This document shows positions 49,723 through 62,152 of a DNA stretch of 64,000 nt, piece by piece (position 1 is the stretch's first letter; every line of letters begins with the position of its first letter). The position numbers and the translations under genes were made by a program. The notes under the pieces are model-generated. The model did not search any database. It had not been told where the DNA came from and saw nothing but the letters and a program-made list of their open reading frames with translations. Source of the DNA: Torpedo marmorata (lineage: Eukaryota); the NCBI GenBank assembly GCA_977017645.1, contig OZ360222.1, positions 72,602,001-72,666,000 of the forward strand, written 5' to 3'.

Positions 49723-52355
49723 ATACAATATCTGTATTAAACCATACCTATTTTATTACCACAGGGGTTTTTTCAAGAGTTAAATAAACAAGTGAGAAAA
49801 TTCCTTTGGTGAGGTAAAATGTCAAGAGTTTCTATAGAACATTTAACATGGCAATATGAGTTAGGAGGTTTACAACTCCCTAAATTTAAAAATTATTTCC
49901 GAGCGGCACAAATGAGATTTATTATTTCTTTTTTTGAAAGTGAGGAAAAACCTGCATGGGTTAAAATAGTTAGGAAAAATAGGAGAGAAAGTAGCAGAAG
50001 AATTTATATATAAATGGAACTCAAAATTATTGGTAGGAGTTAAATAAACACCATTATTAAAACATTTGATTAATGCCTGGAACAAGATTAATGATGAGAT
50101 AGGGACAAAAGGGACTATATCACCTAAAACGCCATTGATACAGAACATATTTTTTACAAAAGATAATCAATTTTTAAATATATGGTTACGGAAAGGAATT
50201 AAGAAGATAGAAGATTGTTATGAAGGAGGTCAATTGATGTCGTTTGTACAGTTAAGAAATAAATATGGAATACCGAATAATACTCTTTTTTGTTATTTTC
50301 AATTAAGAGGATATTTAAGGGAAAAACTAGGTTCAGATATGCTGTTACAAAATTGTAGTGAAGTGGAAACTCTTATTATGAAAGGAAATACTAGAAAATT
50401 TACTTCTATAATATACTCCTTGTTACAAAGAGGAGCCCTTAAACAAGGACTTCATAAATCTAGACAGAGATGGGAACAAGATCTTAATGTGACAATTGAT
50501 GAAAAAAGATGGTCGGATTTATGTCAAGATAGCATGACCAATACTATTAAGGTAAGATATAGATTAGTACAGTACAATTTTTACACCAATTATATCTTAC
50601 ACTGCAAAAATTGAACAAAATGAAATCTGCATTATCAAATAAGTGTTTTAGATGTGGTGAAGAAGTGGGAACTTTTTTACATTCAACTTGGTTCTGCTCC
50701 AAGGTAAGACCCTTCTGTGTGGAATTAGGGAATTTGTTAAAACAAATTACAGGTGTTACACACCCACAAAAACCTGATTTATTTTTATTAGGGAATGTTG
50801 AAGGAACTAGACCAAAATTGAAGTTATCAATGTATCAATTGAAATTTGTTAAAATTGCGAGGAAGTGTATAGCAGTAACTTGGAAATCAAATACAAATTT
50901 AGGTATGGAAAGATGGAATACAGAGATGCAGAGTTGTATTCCGTTGGAAAAAATAACATATAATATGAGAAATAAATATGGGGTATTTTTGCAAATTTGG
51001 CGTCCATATATCCAGACATTAGGTATAAATATGTAAATGTGTTATTCCATATCCTAGGCCTTGCTGACTCTCTCAAGCTTAATAATGAAAACCTTGCGTC
51101 GAACTGTGAATGCTTGGGCGATTTATATAGTTGTCTTTTATAAGTAATATTATAATACTTTCTTTTTCCTTCTTTCTTTTTTTGTTTTTAGGAAGGGGAG
51201 GAAATTTAAGGGGAGGGAGTGGGCGGAGGGTGGGATTAGAAATATTAAGTAATAATTTAATTTGAAATGTTTGAAAAATGTTATAAGGGTTTGGGGGGGT
51301 TAAGGGAAAGGGTAGATACACTATGTAATAAATATAATTATAAAAGATTTTTCTGAAGTTAACTATGTATATTATTCATGTATGTATTACTGTGTGAAAA
51401 TTAAAAATTTTAAATAAAATATTCCAAAAAAAAAGAAAGCAAAGAGTAGGAAATAATACATAGTAATGTATAATAATACAGTTAAACATATGATTTAGAG
51501 GGAAAATAATATGTTAGTGAGAGAATTGAAAATTATAAGTCAGGAGGTCCTCTCACAAATATATAGGGCCTTGGTGCAACCATACCTGGAGTGTATTTTA
51601 TACAGTTTTGGTCTCCTTACTTAGTAAAGGATGTACTTGCCACAACAGCAGTCCAGCAAAGATTCAGCATACTGGTTTTAGGGACAAGGGATCTGTTGTT
51701 TGTGAAGAGATTGAGTAGACTGGGGCAGTATTGCCTCTCAAAGAATGAGAGGAGATTTCCATAAAACATTTAAAATTCTTAAAGCTTTTGACAGGCCAGA
51801 TGCAGGGAAGAAGTATCCACTGGATGAGGGGGCTAGGACTGAAGGCCACAGATTCACAATGAGGGGTAGGCAGTTCACAACAGAAGTGAGAACAATGTTC
51901 TTCACTCATAAGGAGGTAAATCTTTGGAATTGTCCACCCTGGAGGGTTTTGGAGACTCCATTATTGTGTTCATTCAAAATCAAGGTTGATAGTTTTCTGG
52001 ACGTTAAGGGAATCAATAGATATGGCGATATTGAATTGAATTGTTTATTGTCATTGTATTGAGATACAGTGAAACACCTTTTTTGCATTCTCTCTGGGCA
52101 AGTCACCCATATTTAAGTGCAGCAGTAATGCAATAATAAGACAAAAATGCAAGGTATAGTGTTACAAGGACAAAGTGCCATATATAGAGTAAAGTCCAGT
52201 GAATTGACATCATCTTTGGCCTCACCTTGTCAACGGATCAAACTTAACCTTGAGGAACAACATATCATATACCTCCTGGACAACCTCAACCCCAACAGTA
52301 GGAACATCAATTTATCTAATTTTAGATAACCCCAACCTCTGTCTGATTCCACTGT

Positions 52356-52515
52356 TTCAAGATTCCTTTATTATCACGTACATAATACATAAAACCTGTC
52401 AACTTTTGATTTGCCATAAAGGCAAAGAAACAGGTACCACTAGTTCAGTGCCCCATCAATACAAGAAAGAAAAGCAAAAGGGTCTCCCTTCAGAGTCTCA
52501 TTGGATTCGCCTCAT
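52356..52515 (-). mobile_element. 3' fragment of the non-autonomous non-LTR family
   Basis: tcaagattcctttattatcacg...agaaagaaaagcaaaa...cagagtctcattggattcgcctc. Confidence 0.6.
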
Positions 52516-52648
52516 GCGTTCAATCTCTTATTTACCTACTCCCAGTCAATTTTCTCTTTAACATTAACCTTTTCTTACTTTTCTCTCTAATTTCCAATCC
52601 TCTCCCACCAGTGGTCTCTTCCTCTACCTGTTTCTCCACCACTCCCGC

Positions 52649-53216
52649 TGTAAGAGCCAAAGGCTCACTTTTTACCTGTTGTTAGGCGGCGTCCCGTTGG
52701 TCCCCACGGGCGTCGGCGGCATCCCGGAGGTTAGTAGGCCGTGCGCGGCCATGTTGACTACTGTGCGCATGCGCGAGTGCCGGCAGGCGCATGCGCGGTG
52801 GGTAGGCGTACTGGGACCGGCTGGCGCATGCGCGGGGGGACCCGCAGGCGGGAATGCTTTGCACAAGCGCAAGTTTTAGGCACAATTGCTGCAGGCAGTT
52901 AGCCCACATTGAGCCTTATGGCGGCATAACGTTGAGGGGGGTGAGTGAGGCTCCCATAATTTTCATTGACCGTTATCGCGGATCGTTCCTACTTCGTTAT
53001 TGAGGATCGTTTTTACGGATATTACGTTACGTTATGCAATTTATGAAACCTTAAATAAGATCGTTACGTTACGTTATTATAGATTGCTACAAGTCATTGT
53101 GTGTTAATAAAACCTTTTGAACCTATCTGGACTTGGTAGTAAATTAATTGAAATGAGTCACGAACAAGGGTCTCACCTAGCCTCCAAGCGACTATTTATT
53201 GAACGAAGTCGCTACA
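52649..53216 (+). mobile_element. Solo LTR, CpG-rich
   Basis: TGTA...TACA ends, perfect 5-bp TSD cccgc at 52644-52648 and 53217-53221, AATAAA at ~53106. Confidence 0.88.
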
Positions 53217-53495
53217 CCCGCTTTCTTTCCACGACCCTATCACTTCTTAGGCCCTCCACAACTTCATTCCACCTTGATATACTTGATATCAGCCCTTCCT
53301 ACTTTGATTTAAAGTCCTGACCTGAAACGTTGACTGACTATATTTACCTACGGATGCTGCCTGACCCACTGAGTTTCTCCAGTTTCTCATTGTTTGCTCA
53401 AGATTCCAGCACCTGCAGTCCTTGTGTTTCTCAATTAAACAAAGCATGCTGTGCTGTTTCTTCCACATTACACCTCTGATTGTAATGTTGAAGTA

Positions 53496-53860
53496 CCCAT
53501 ATATACACACGTGTAAACGTCGATACGATGTAAAAGTCGACCCCCTATTTTTGGCCCAAAAATCTGGTATTTTCCATATATCGCACGTAAAAGTCGACCC
53601 CCCCCCCTATTTCTTGCCCCGGCTGCCCGCCTGCAGATTCTTGACTAGACCCTGGACGCCCGCCCATCCGAGCTCCCGACACCCCAAATGTGGTCTTAAC
53701 ACCTGGTCCCGGCTGCCCACCCGCCCATCTGAGCTTCCGACGCCTTGAACAACGCAGGTACTTACCGTGGTAAAATGTATTATGCGGGTAATAATTGACC
53801 CCCTAAATTGTACCCTAAAAAGTGGTCCACAAAGCTGGACTATTATATGCGTACATACGG
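53496..53860. mobile_element. Tc1/mariner-type non-autonomous DNA element
   Basis: Degenerate TIRs (TA)cccatatatacacacgtgta ... tatatgcgtacatacgg(TA), with subterminal taaaagtcgacccc repeats. Confidence 0.65.
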
Positions 53861-54242
53861 TACTTATTGGCTGTGAAATACTTTGGGATATCTTGAGATT
53901 GGGGAAAATATTAAATGATTGCAGATACATTTCTCCATTCCGTGTGGATGGAAATTCTGATCTGTGTGCCCACAACTTCTAGAAATGCATTGCTTCTCCC
54001 TGGGACAGAATTCCATGGAATGTTCAGGCCATTTGCATTTTTAAATTGAATTCACTCACTGAATTTGGATGGGTAATCTGTTAGGAGAAGGGTTGCAGAT
54101 CTAAATGTTAACTGTTTCTCTTTCCACACATGCTACCCAACCAGCCAAGTGCTTCCAGCATACGTAATATAGAGGGTCTGGCCTTACTGCCCTGTGTATG
54201 ACCCCAGTGCCCAATACTCAGACTTATCCAATTGGCCTAAAG

Positions 54243-55324
54243 AAGTGGTTCCCAAACTTTTTAGGGCTTCCGCCCCCTTGGCTCCCAGACCACATCCCTA
54301 GTGCCCCCCCCCATCCACACACACACACACACATACAACGAACACACACCTCTTTCTTGGTATTAGGTCTACTGCAAATTTAAAACAACAACTAATCTAA
54401 CACTATAAACAAGCGTACGTATTTCACAAATAAAACATAGTAAACCAATTTATTTAGCAATATGAAAGGGTAAATTTACATCTCACCTGTAACTACATTG
54501 TCTTCACAGTTTTAATGGGATGGATGTGCTTGCAAAATGTGGCTCTAGTTTGAATGTGAAGCCAGATATTCATGAATAGACATCTTTGGGCTAGAGCAGT
54601 AATTCCCAGATATGTGCTTTCAGATATTTCACACTATATTACCTACATTTCTTTTTTGTTTGCTGTGCTGTGGCCATATTTTATTCTGCAACAAAAAATA
54701 TAAGTTCTTTGTAAACATCATGTCAATCACAACAAAATGCAGCAGAAAAAACAAGGAAATATAATAGCAATGCAATTACTAGGAAAAGTACATGACACAA
54801 TAATAAAAGTACGAATGTGAAACTAAAAAATCAAATACTTAAGAACTACTTAACATTAGAAGTTACAGTTAGACGTAAATACATAACGAAAACTACGATG
54901 TGTAGCTGGTTACACAACATAGCCTATATATGTATAACATGTATATGTGCATTCATGAAATATAAGTTAACATTAACAAATGTAAAAACCATGTAAATCA
55001 CAGCAATACACAGCAGAAAAACATAAGGAAATATTGTGGGGTCCCCCAATCATATCTTTATTATATTATAATTTAAATGTACATTACATGACTGAAGATA
55101 ACTTGCAATGCTTATAAACCTAGAGCCTTGACCCTTGCAGACGTGAAAATGCGATGATCACCAGTCCTCACGGCGTCTGCTGTCTGGCGTGTGTCGCGTG
55201 TCCTGTCCAGACCACATCACCAAGATACAAACAAATGTTCGGACTGCCCCCTTTTTCCTCACCACCCCCTTGGATCTTTCCACCGCCCCCAGGGGGGCGG
55301 CATCGCCCACTTTGGGAATGACTG
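54243..55324. mobile_element. hAT/Charlie-like non-autonomous DNA element, degenerate
   Basis: Ends agtggttcccaaac...ctttgggaatgactg. TSD is poorly conserved. Confidence 0.6.
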
Positions 55325-56315
55325 GCCCAGCTGCATAGTCTGAACAATGGCAGGTCCTTCGGGCAGTGGAAGAAAGTCCCATCTCAAAACACCCCTAAAG
55401 ATTCTGACAGTCCGACTCCCAAGTTAGTTGCTTGAAACGCTGAGTGATTTTTAACCATTTTAAAATCTCTCTGGCATTCATAGGCACTTAATACCTATTG
55501 CAAATTAAGTAATTAATTGAAAAACCATGTTATTTAAAACATAAAACAAAGTTAAGTATAAACAGCTAAGGCACAAAAATATTAAACCAAAGTGAAATAA
55601 TTTTAGTAAAGATCATTAACCTTCCCCTTTCCCTCCGAATCTGCAACCCTAAAACCCACATTAAAATCAAAGGGGTCTTTGATTCGGCAAGTTGATGCAG
55701 GAAATAAAAAGCTTTCTTTCATTTAATCCTGGGGAATCTCTCCAAGACTGAACACTGGATACCCCAGTGACAGACTTGGTGATCTGAATCTGTCACCAAA
55801 TCTAGGATTTGCACGTTTGACAGTGTGTGTACAGAAGCCTCAGACATACTGCCGTTTAAGCTGTTGAAGACCAACAGTTCCATTCAGAACATCTGGCACT
55901 TGGCACCAAGATCGAACTCATAGACTCACAGCAGCTGGGCTTTGCACCATCTCCAAGGTAGCAGCAAAGGCAGCGGCTTACATATACAACATGTGCATCG
56001 GCCCTTCTACTTGGCACCCCCATGATATTTCATAATCTTTAAAACAAAACAAATAGTTTCTCATCTGGATAATGCACCTGTACATTATTTCAGTGACTAG
56101 TAGAATGTTCTGTGGTACTTTCAAAGAGGACCAACGCTTTCATCTTTTCACCAATTTTGTATAGTTCTGAAGGAGCAGACAGCATCAGGTGTCCGAGCTA
56201 TGATTGGTATGCTACTACTGGAAGAGATTAAGCGGCAGATCAAATGTTTTAGCTACAAATATTGATATTTGAACTATTTGGGTTATGCTGAGGATATTTC
56301 ATGAATGTTTCCATG

Positions 56316-56680
56316 CTTGAGCCCTTCATCAAGAGCAAAATGTGGGCAGTCGTCTGAACAAAATGGTGGGGGTGAGGGGCAGGGAGAGGAGCACAGTCCC
56401 ACAGGCAGGAGGTAATAAGTGGATAAGGGAGAGAGGGCACACCAGAAAACAAGGGGAAGGGGGGAAGGGTTTGTGAATGGAGAGGGAAGGGAGTGGAGAG
56501 CTGGAGGAAAGAAGACAGAGGGATGGGAAGAGAGGGAGAAAGGGGAGTAGGCTAGCAGTAACCAGAGAAGTCGATGTTAATGCCATCAGGTTGGAGAGTG
56601 CCCAGACAGAAAATAAGGTGTTGCTCCTCCAATTTACGGGTGGTCTTGGTTTGACAGTACATGAGGCCACATGAGGTATC
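56316..56680 (-). mobile_element. Penelope-like 3' fragment
   Basis: Reverse-complement match to 25950-26320. Confidence 0.8.
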
Positions 56681-56956
56681 ATGCATGAGATATGCTTGGA
56701 GAGGGCAGGAGTTCAAGAAACTAAAGAAACATGGGTGTTCAGGATGCTAGTAGATGAAGTTAAAGAGCGGTTTAGATGGAGAGAAAAGGGAGGGACTTTG
56801 TGTGAGTGGTGCAGCAGAGGTGGCTGAGCAGACCATTTTAGCTTGGTGACAAAGAACTCAATAAACATGTTTTGCATTCCCAGGTCAATCAATGACAAAT
56901 GTGACTTTCTATTCCATTGGTAGTTAAGTGAACACTGTGAACTGATTTTTTGCATT

Positions 56957-56990
56957 GGGGTGGGGGGGGGGGGGGGGGGGGGTTGGGGGG
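56957..56990. repeat. G homopolymer tract
   Basis: More than 20 consecutive G, with flanking G runs. Confidence 0.9.
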
Positions 56991-58384
56991 AGGGTCAGCT
57001 GACTTTCCATTTCATGAATATTTTTACATCCCACACCATACAAACTTCCACAGATAACTCAAATGCTTATTCCCAGTCTAAATAAATCTTTTTTCTTGAC
57101 AGTATCCAGATTGTTTAAAAACCAGTCTTACAAGCTGCTTCTGATAAATGGAAATAGTTGACAGCTCTATGAATTAGCAAACAACTTATCTCACAAGGGA
57201 ACCAAAGGGAGTACAGTTTCTTGGAAGTGTATACTCTTTCAATAACCATATTCATTTTGTGCCAGATCAGATCTTGGCACGTGGAAATATATAAATAACT
57301 GACAATTTTGTCATTCTCTATTTGATTAATTAACGTCTATTTCATCGCCTACTTTGTCAAATATTTTAGATCATTACAATAACTCCAAACCATAATATTA
57401 TTTTCCCAACTCAATACATAATTGTCAGCTTTAAATTTGCATTGTAATCTCGGGTGACTGATTTAAGTTGCCACGATGGGAGAAGGGAGGTTCTTTATAT
57501 TAACAAATCGCTCTTCATAGTTCATGCAACATATTTTGCAGCATATTATACCAGTTTGCCGGAAATTGTTAAGGGTATTCACTTACTGAAACTTCAATGT
57601 TACAAAAAAATATTCAAACAGCCTAAATATTTTCAGTTGTATTAACCAACCATCTCCATAAATTAAGCAAGCGGCTAGCAAGAAATGTTCACTCAGCACA
57701 AATGATGTTTAATTTCTGATTTCAAGAAGCTAGTAAAAGATCTTTGGATATGTAGCTTTTCCAGAGTGGATACAGTACAATATTTTAGTGATATTGATGG
57801 AGAAAGTAAACCAGTTTTGGTACGGATGAAATAATTCTTGTTTATATGTAAAAATTAACTTATTGTGTTGAACTTAATGGCCTGAAATTTACATTCAAGA
57901 GTTGGCAGTTCAGCACAGAACTGTACTTCCCTTCATAACTGAAGAATTGGGTCTTTCGCAATCATGGAAATCTCAAACATTTTCAAAGCTGAACACTGCT
58001 GTCAATTTAAATCTGTGTCAATGTTTCCCAGAGGTTGCTCCTGATGTTTCTGAGTTGCACCAGCAGGTCTGCCAGGTTAGAGCTAATTTATCTTCAGGAT
58101 CTGCATTCATTTCAATGTGAGGGAGAGGGGTAAATTACAGGCAGTTTGCATTTTTCATCTGATTGGGTTCTTTAATTGTTGTTTGCTTTTGTGTTTACAT
58201 TCTGTTTTATTAAGATATTTAATAATTAAAATATGTTCCATCTTATTTCCCTTACCGTTTTATGGTTCTACCATCTGCATATTTTGTTTATTTTGGCCCA
58301 ATTGAAGCTCTAGGCTTCTTTCTTCATCTGTATATTACACCACAATTTTTCATTAAGCACAAAACTACCAGATTGTTGTCTAAA

Positions 58385-58500
58385 GCCACCTGGTTCACTA
58401 ATTGTCTTTAGGGAAGAAAATCTGCCATTTTCACCTGGTCAGGCCTATATGTGACTCCAGATTTACCAACATTGCTGTCTCTTAACTGCCTCCTTAATTC
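58385..58500 (+). mobile_element. Ancient SINE/LINE 3' remnant
   Basis: ctggttcactaa...agggaagaaaatctgcc...cctggtcaggcctatatgtgactccaga. A related remnant lies near 11820-11860. Confidence 0.5.
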
Positions 58501-60040
58501 AGGGTCAAGCAGGAGTGAACAATATATGTTAGCCCCACCCCTATCCGGAAAACAAATAAACAAACAAACAGACAAATTACATAAGATTACCACATAGGCT
58601 CGGCTTCTTGACGACTTATATGTGGCGTTAGCTTTTTATAAGATATATATGACAAGTATACATATGTTCCAGATGACTGCAACACTGATTGGAAAGCAAA
58701 TATGTTCAAATGGTTGCATATGCAAGCAATTATTAGTGATACTGTATATTGCTGAACCGTGCAAACAATTCTCCCCATTTGAGGTCTGTTGATAGGAGTA
58801 AGCTAATGACAAGGGCAAATGTTTTTTTTAATCATCTTCCTTTTAAGCAAGCATTACGTTGGCTATGGAAAATAAATCACAAACTGATTTCACATAAACA
58901 TTCTTGTTAACAAGATTTTCACAATCGTTAGTGGCATCTCATGAGACAAGGTGCTACCCAATATTAATAGTTATATCTTGCATATATTGGAAATGTGTGT
59001 TTTCTAATTTTCAGACATGTATCTGGTCACTGATAGACTAGAACCTACTAGAACCTGGTGTAGATCGCCACTTTGTGCATGAGTTAAAATGGAACATTGA
59101 CATGGATTTTGCAACACTCCTGCTCTTTGATAAAGTCAATTGAAGTAAAATTAGGAAAGAAGTAAACTTGCTATCACCCTTATCAAGTTTGTTTATTGTT
59201 CAAGTTTATTGTCATGTCTACTGAGGTAAGTGAGATAGTTTGCTTTGCATGGAATCCAGCATGTCAACCCATACATAGTATAGCAATTGAAAACATAGTG
59301 CGGATTGCAAAGTTACAGAATAGAGCAAGGCCAACATTATTTTAGTGTGAAGTTCATTCAGGAGTCTGAAAGCAATGGAAAAGAATCCGTCCTTAAATTA
59401 GGTGTCAACCTTAAAATCCTTAAATTTCACAATAACAAAGATGAAAGGATTTATTTCAAAGGTGTTACGTTTGAAGTTCGATGATGGATTTGCCAGATAT
59501 CAGCCATCGCATTTTGCAAATTTAACATTATTACTACCTTCATCAGGCTCCTCAATTCCTAGATATATATGTGTATTAGCATGTTATAGTTTTTTTATTG
59601 TATTATGATATTTATGTACATCTGCCCATGGTCCTGGAAAAACGCTATCTCGTCTTACTGTGTATATGGTAATGAACGACAAATAAAGGTGACTTGACTT
59701 GACCTTCCAGTGGACACGTGGTTCTGTTCGTCAGTAATTGTGGTTGACAACACCTCCTGCATTCAAGGGCAATCAGGAGTGATTAATAAAGTCCGGCACA
59801 GCCGGCACCATCCTCATCCTGTGAATGAATAAACAACAAAAATGTAACATTTGTACTTTATAAAAGCCCCAAAATATTTTTCAAGAATATTTTGGTTAGT
59901 TGAAGTTTCTTAGTTTAAATAAAGTGAAAAACATTTTTAATGGAGTTTAATACAGATAACTGTGAGGTGTTGCACCTTGGGAGGTCATATGCAAGGGGAA
60001 AGTACACAGTTAATTGCAGGACTCTTAAAAGTGTTGATGT

Positions 60041-60150
60041 TCAAAGTTCAAAGTTAAGATTTATTGTCAGAGTACATACATGACATTACATACAATTCTG
60101 AGATTCTTTTTCCTGTGGGCCAGGCAGAATTTTTACTTATTGGTAGTGCA
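60041..60150 (-). mobile_element. Rex1-type 3' end (same family as 9500-9607), inside an old CR1 fragment spanning 59955-61100
   Basis: Reverse complement of the 9500-9607 3' UTR, with a (AACTTTG)n tail. Confidence 0.7.
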
Positions 60151-60154
60151 AAAT

Positions 60155-60992
60155 CAGATCAGATCAGATACTATTTATTGTCATGAAATTAAAGAGGAAT
60201 GTAATATTACATGAAATCACCTTTAGTTTGCCATAAGGCAGACAAAGATTTTCCATTAGCATTGCCCGGCGCGCCCAACAGTCAGAGAAAGAGAAGCAAA
60301 AGAGAGTCCCCCCAGAGTCACTGAGTGTCTGTGGATTCGCCTCCAGTGCCCCCGCAGCCTCTGCAGCTGCACAAGACTCCAGTTCAGTTCAAATCATCAA
60401 CAACCCGGGCCCAGATCAAAACCTCTGACATGACGAGGAAGCCTTCAGCAAGTGCCCAGGGCTCTTCGAGAGCGCTTCTTGTCCTCAGCAACCTCTCGAA
60501 TCCCGGTTCCGATACCTGGTTCTCATGAGCCAGTCACCAGCAACCCACAGCCTGTGTATGTTCCTCGCCAGCAAGTCACCAACAACTCGCTGTCTGTGTG
60601 TGTGTCCTTCAGCCACAGAACCCCTCACTGCCATGTCACCGTCACCATCCCTACCGTTGACTACTCTGCTTCTCCTTCTCAACGGTGGGAGTTCTCCCAG
60701 TTACTCATGCCCTGCACCAGTCAGCTGCTCCCCATTGGTTGCAACCACTCGTAGCTGCTGCTGAGCATAGGCACCGCCATCTTGGGTGCAGACCCCGGGG
60801 TTGCAGAATTTTAAATAAAAACACCGTGGGCTCTTTTAGCAGGCCATTTAAAGGTTGTGTGGAGCCACCCGCATTAGGACCAGGCAGTTGGACCCTGCAG
60901 AGGAGCGTTGTGTCTCTGCTCCCCCACTCCCCAGTTCTGCAACAGCAGCAGCACTGCCGTTACAGCAGCTTCAGCCGCGCCGCCATCTTTTT
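60155..60992 (-). mobile_element. Non-autonomous non-LTR element, full-length copy
   Basis: Colinear with 19900-20713. 5' end aagatggcggc and (TCTGA)n tail. Confidence 0.7.
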
Positions 60993-61823
60993 TAAAAAAG
61001 GCAGAGGATCTGGGGATCCAGGTTCATAGCTACTTGAATATGATCACGCAAGTTGATAGGGTGCTAAAGAAGGCTTAATTGAGTAGAAAAATAATGATGT
61101 CATGTGTTATGGACCATGACTGACCATTTGGACTGCAGACGGTCAGCAGGAAGGATGAAGTCTTTTGGAGTATACACTGGGACCTGGTACTGAAAGAGTT
61201 AACTTGCCCAGGACTTCTTGTACTTACAGAGAGAGAGATACCAGATGGAGACAGACTGTGAAAGAGATACTTGGTGGCACTTTTGAAAAAAAAGAATCTC
61301 TGCAGGAAGGCCTTGAAGTTCAGTTGTGGAGGACTGACTCAGTGGCAGTTTGGAGTTGAAAAGGCTGGAGAACCCAGCAAAATCCAGGCTTGTGCATCCC
61401 AGGGGAAAAGGCTGGGAGAATAGCACAGGGCCTCGTGACTCAGCAAAATCTTGAGTTGAAGACAACTTTTGTGAAGAACAGGTGTGAGATCAGTGAGACA
61501 GGCTGTGAGATCCAATTTCATGCCTCAATCCAAAACGGATTTGGAGTCGCAATCCTTGTGAATCTACCAAAAGGGAAAGTCATCAGAGAAGAAAAGTAGG
61601 CCAAGCATTCGTAAGCATAAACAGTCATTGTCTCACTCTCCAAAGTTCATTAAGAAGTTCTTCTTGCCAGCACACAGAGCTGAATTTGGACCCTGAACAT
61701 AGAGATTGAATTTATGTGGACTGTATTTTTGGGACTGACTTGTTTTTATGACTAACCTGGGGGTTTTGGGGAAGGTATTCCATTCTTACATGAGGGTTGG
61801 GCACAGACTGTAATGGTCTGGGC

Positions 61824-61826
<3 letters not shown>

Positions 61827-61874
<48 letters not shown>
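61827..61874. repeat. (AC)24 microsatellite inside the LTR
   Basis: Direct reading of the sequence. Confidence 0.95.
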
Positions 61875-61876
<2 letters not shown>

Positions 61877-62026
61877 TTTAGATAAGAAAAGTGTTTATAG
61901 ACGTTTATAGTGGGGTTAATTGTTGTGAAATTATATGTTTAATTGTCTTTAATAAATATAAATTTCAATTTTACCCCTTTTGCATTGCGTCTTCTGTCGC
62001 TGCTGGTTTGAATTTTGTAACAAAAT

Positions 62027-62049
62027 TGGGGGCTCGTCCGGGATTTGAA
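62027..62049 (+). promoter_or_regulatory. Primer-binding site complementary to tRNA-Pro
   Basis: TGGGGGCTCGTCCGGGAT(TTGAA), starting 4 nt after the LTR end. Confidence 0.95.
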
Positions 62050-62152
62050 TCAAGATCCATCTTGGTAATTAAAGGAATCCCAGTCTGGTTTAAGACATTC
62101 CTTTTGTAAAGCTAATTAAAAGCTAGTGTGCGTGTAACGAAAAACCAGCAAC

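Larger units (their letters stand above)
45725..51433. mobile_element. L1-clade LINE with 5' inversion/deletion (minus 45725-46960, plus 46960-51433) and nested inserts
   Basis: Minus-strand EN (SRIDLFL, SDHSP). Plus strand runs from KAPGEDG through RT (FADD) to poly(A). 15-bp TSD agaaagcaaagagta at 45710-45724 and 51434-51448. Confidence 0.9.
44400..52030 (+). mobile_element. Old CR1 LINE, heavily decayed, split by L1 at 45725-51433
   Basis: tcatgtttgaataatctgctggagttcttt (SCLxNLLEFF), and after the insert gggccttggtgcaaccatacctggag (ALVQPYLE). Confidence 0.7.
52200..53430 (+). mobile_element. Old Penelope-like 3' fragment with nested inserts
   Basis: LEEQHIIYLLDNLNPNSRNI, and pLTR tgaaacgttgact...gatgctgcctgacc...gagtttctccag. 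Confidence 0.65.

Noticed and set aside
58029-58075. Possible micro-exon (cccag|AGGTTGCT...CAG|gt)
   Set aside because: Splice signals are weak, the peptide is unrecognisable, and there are no partner exons.
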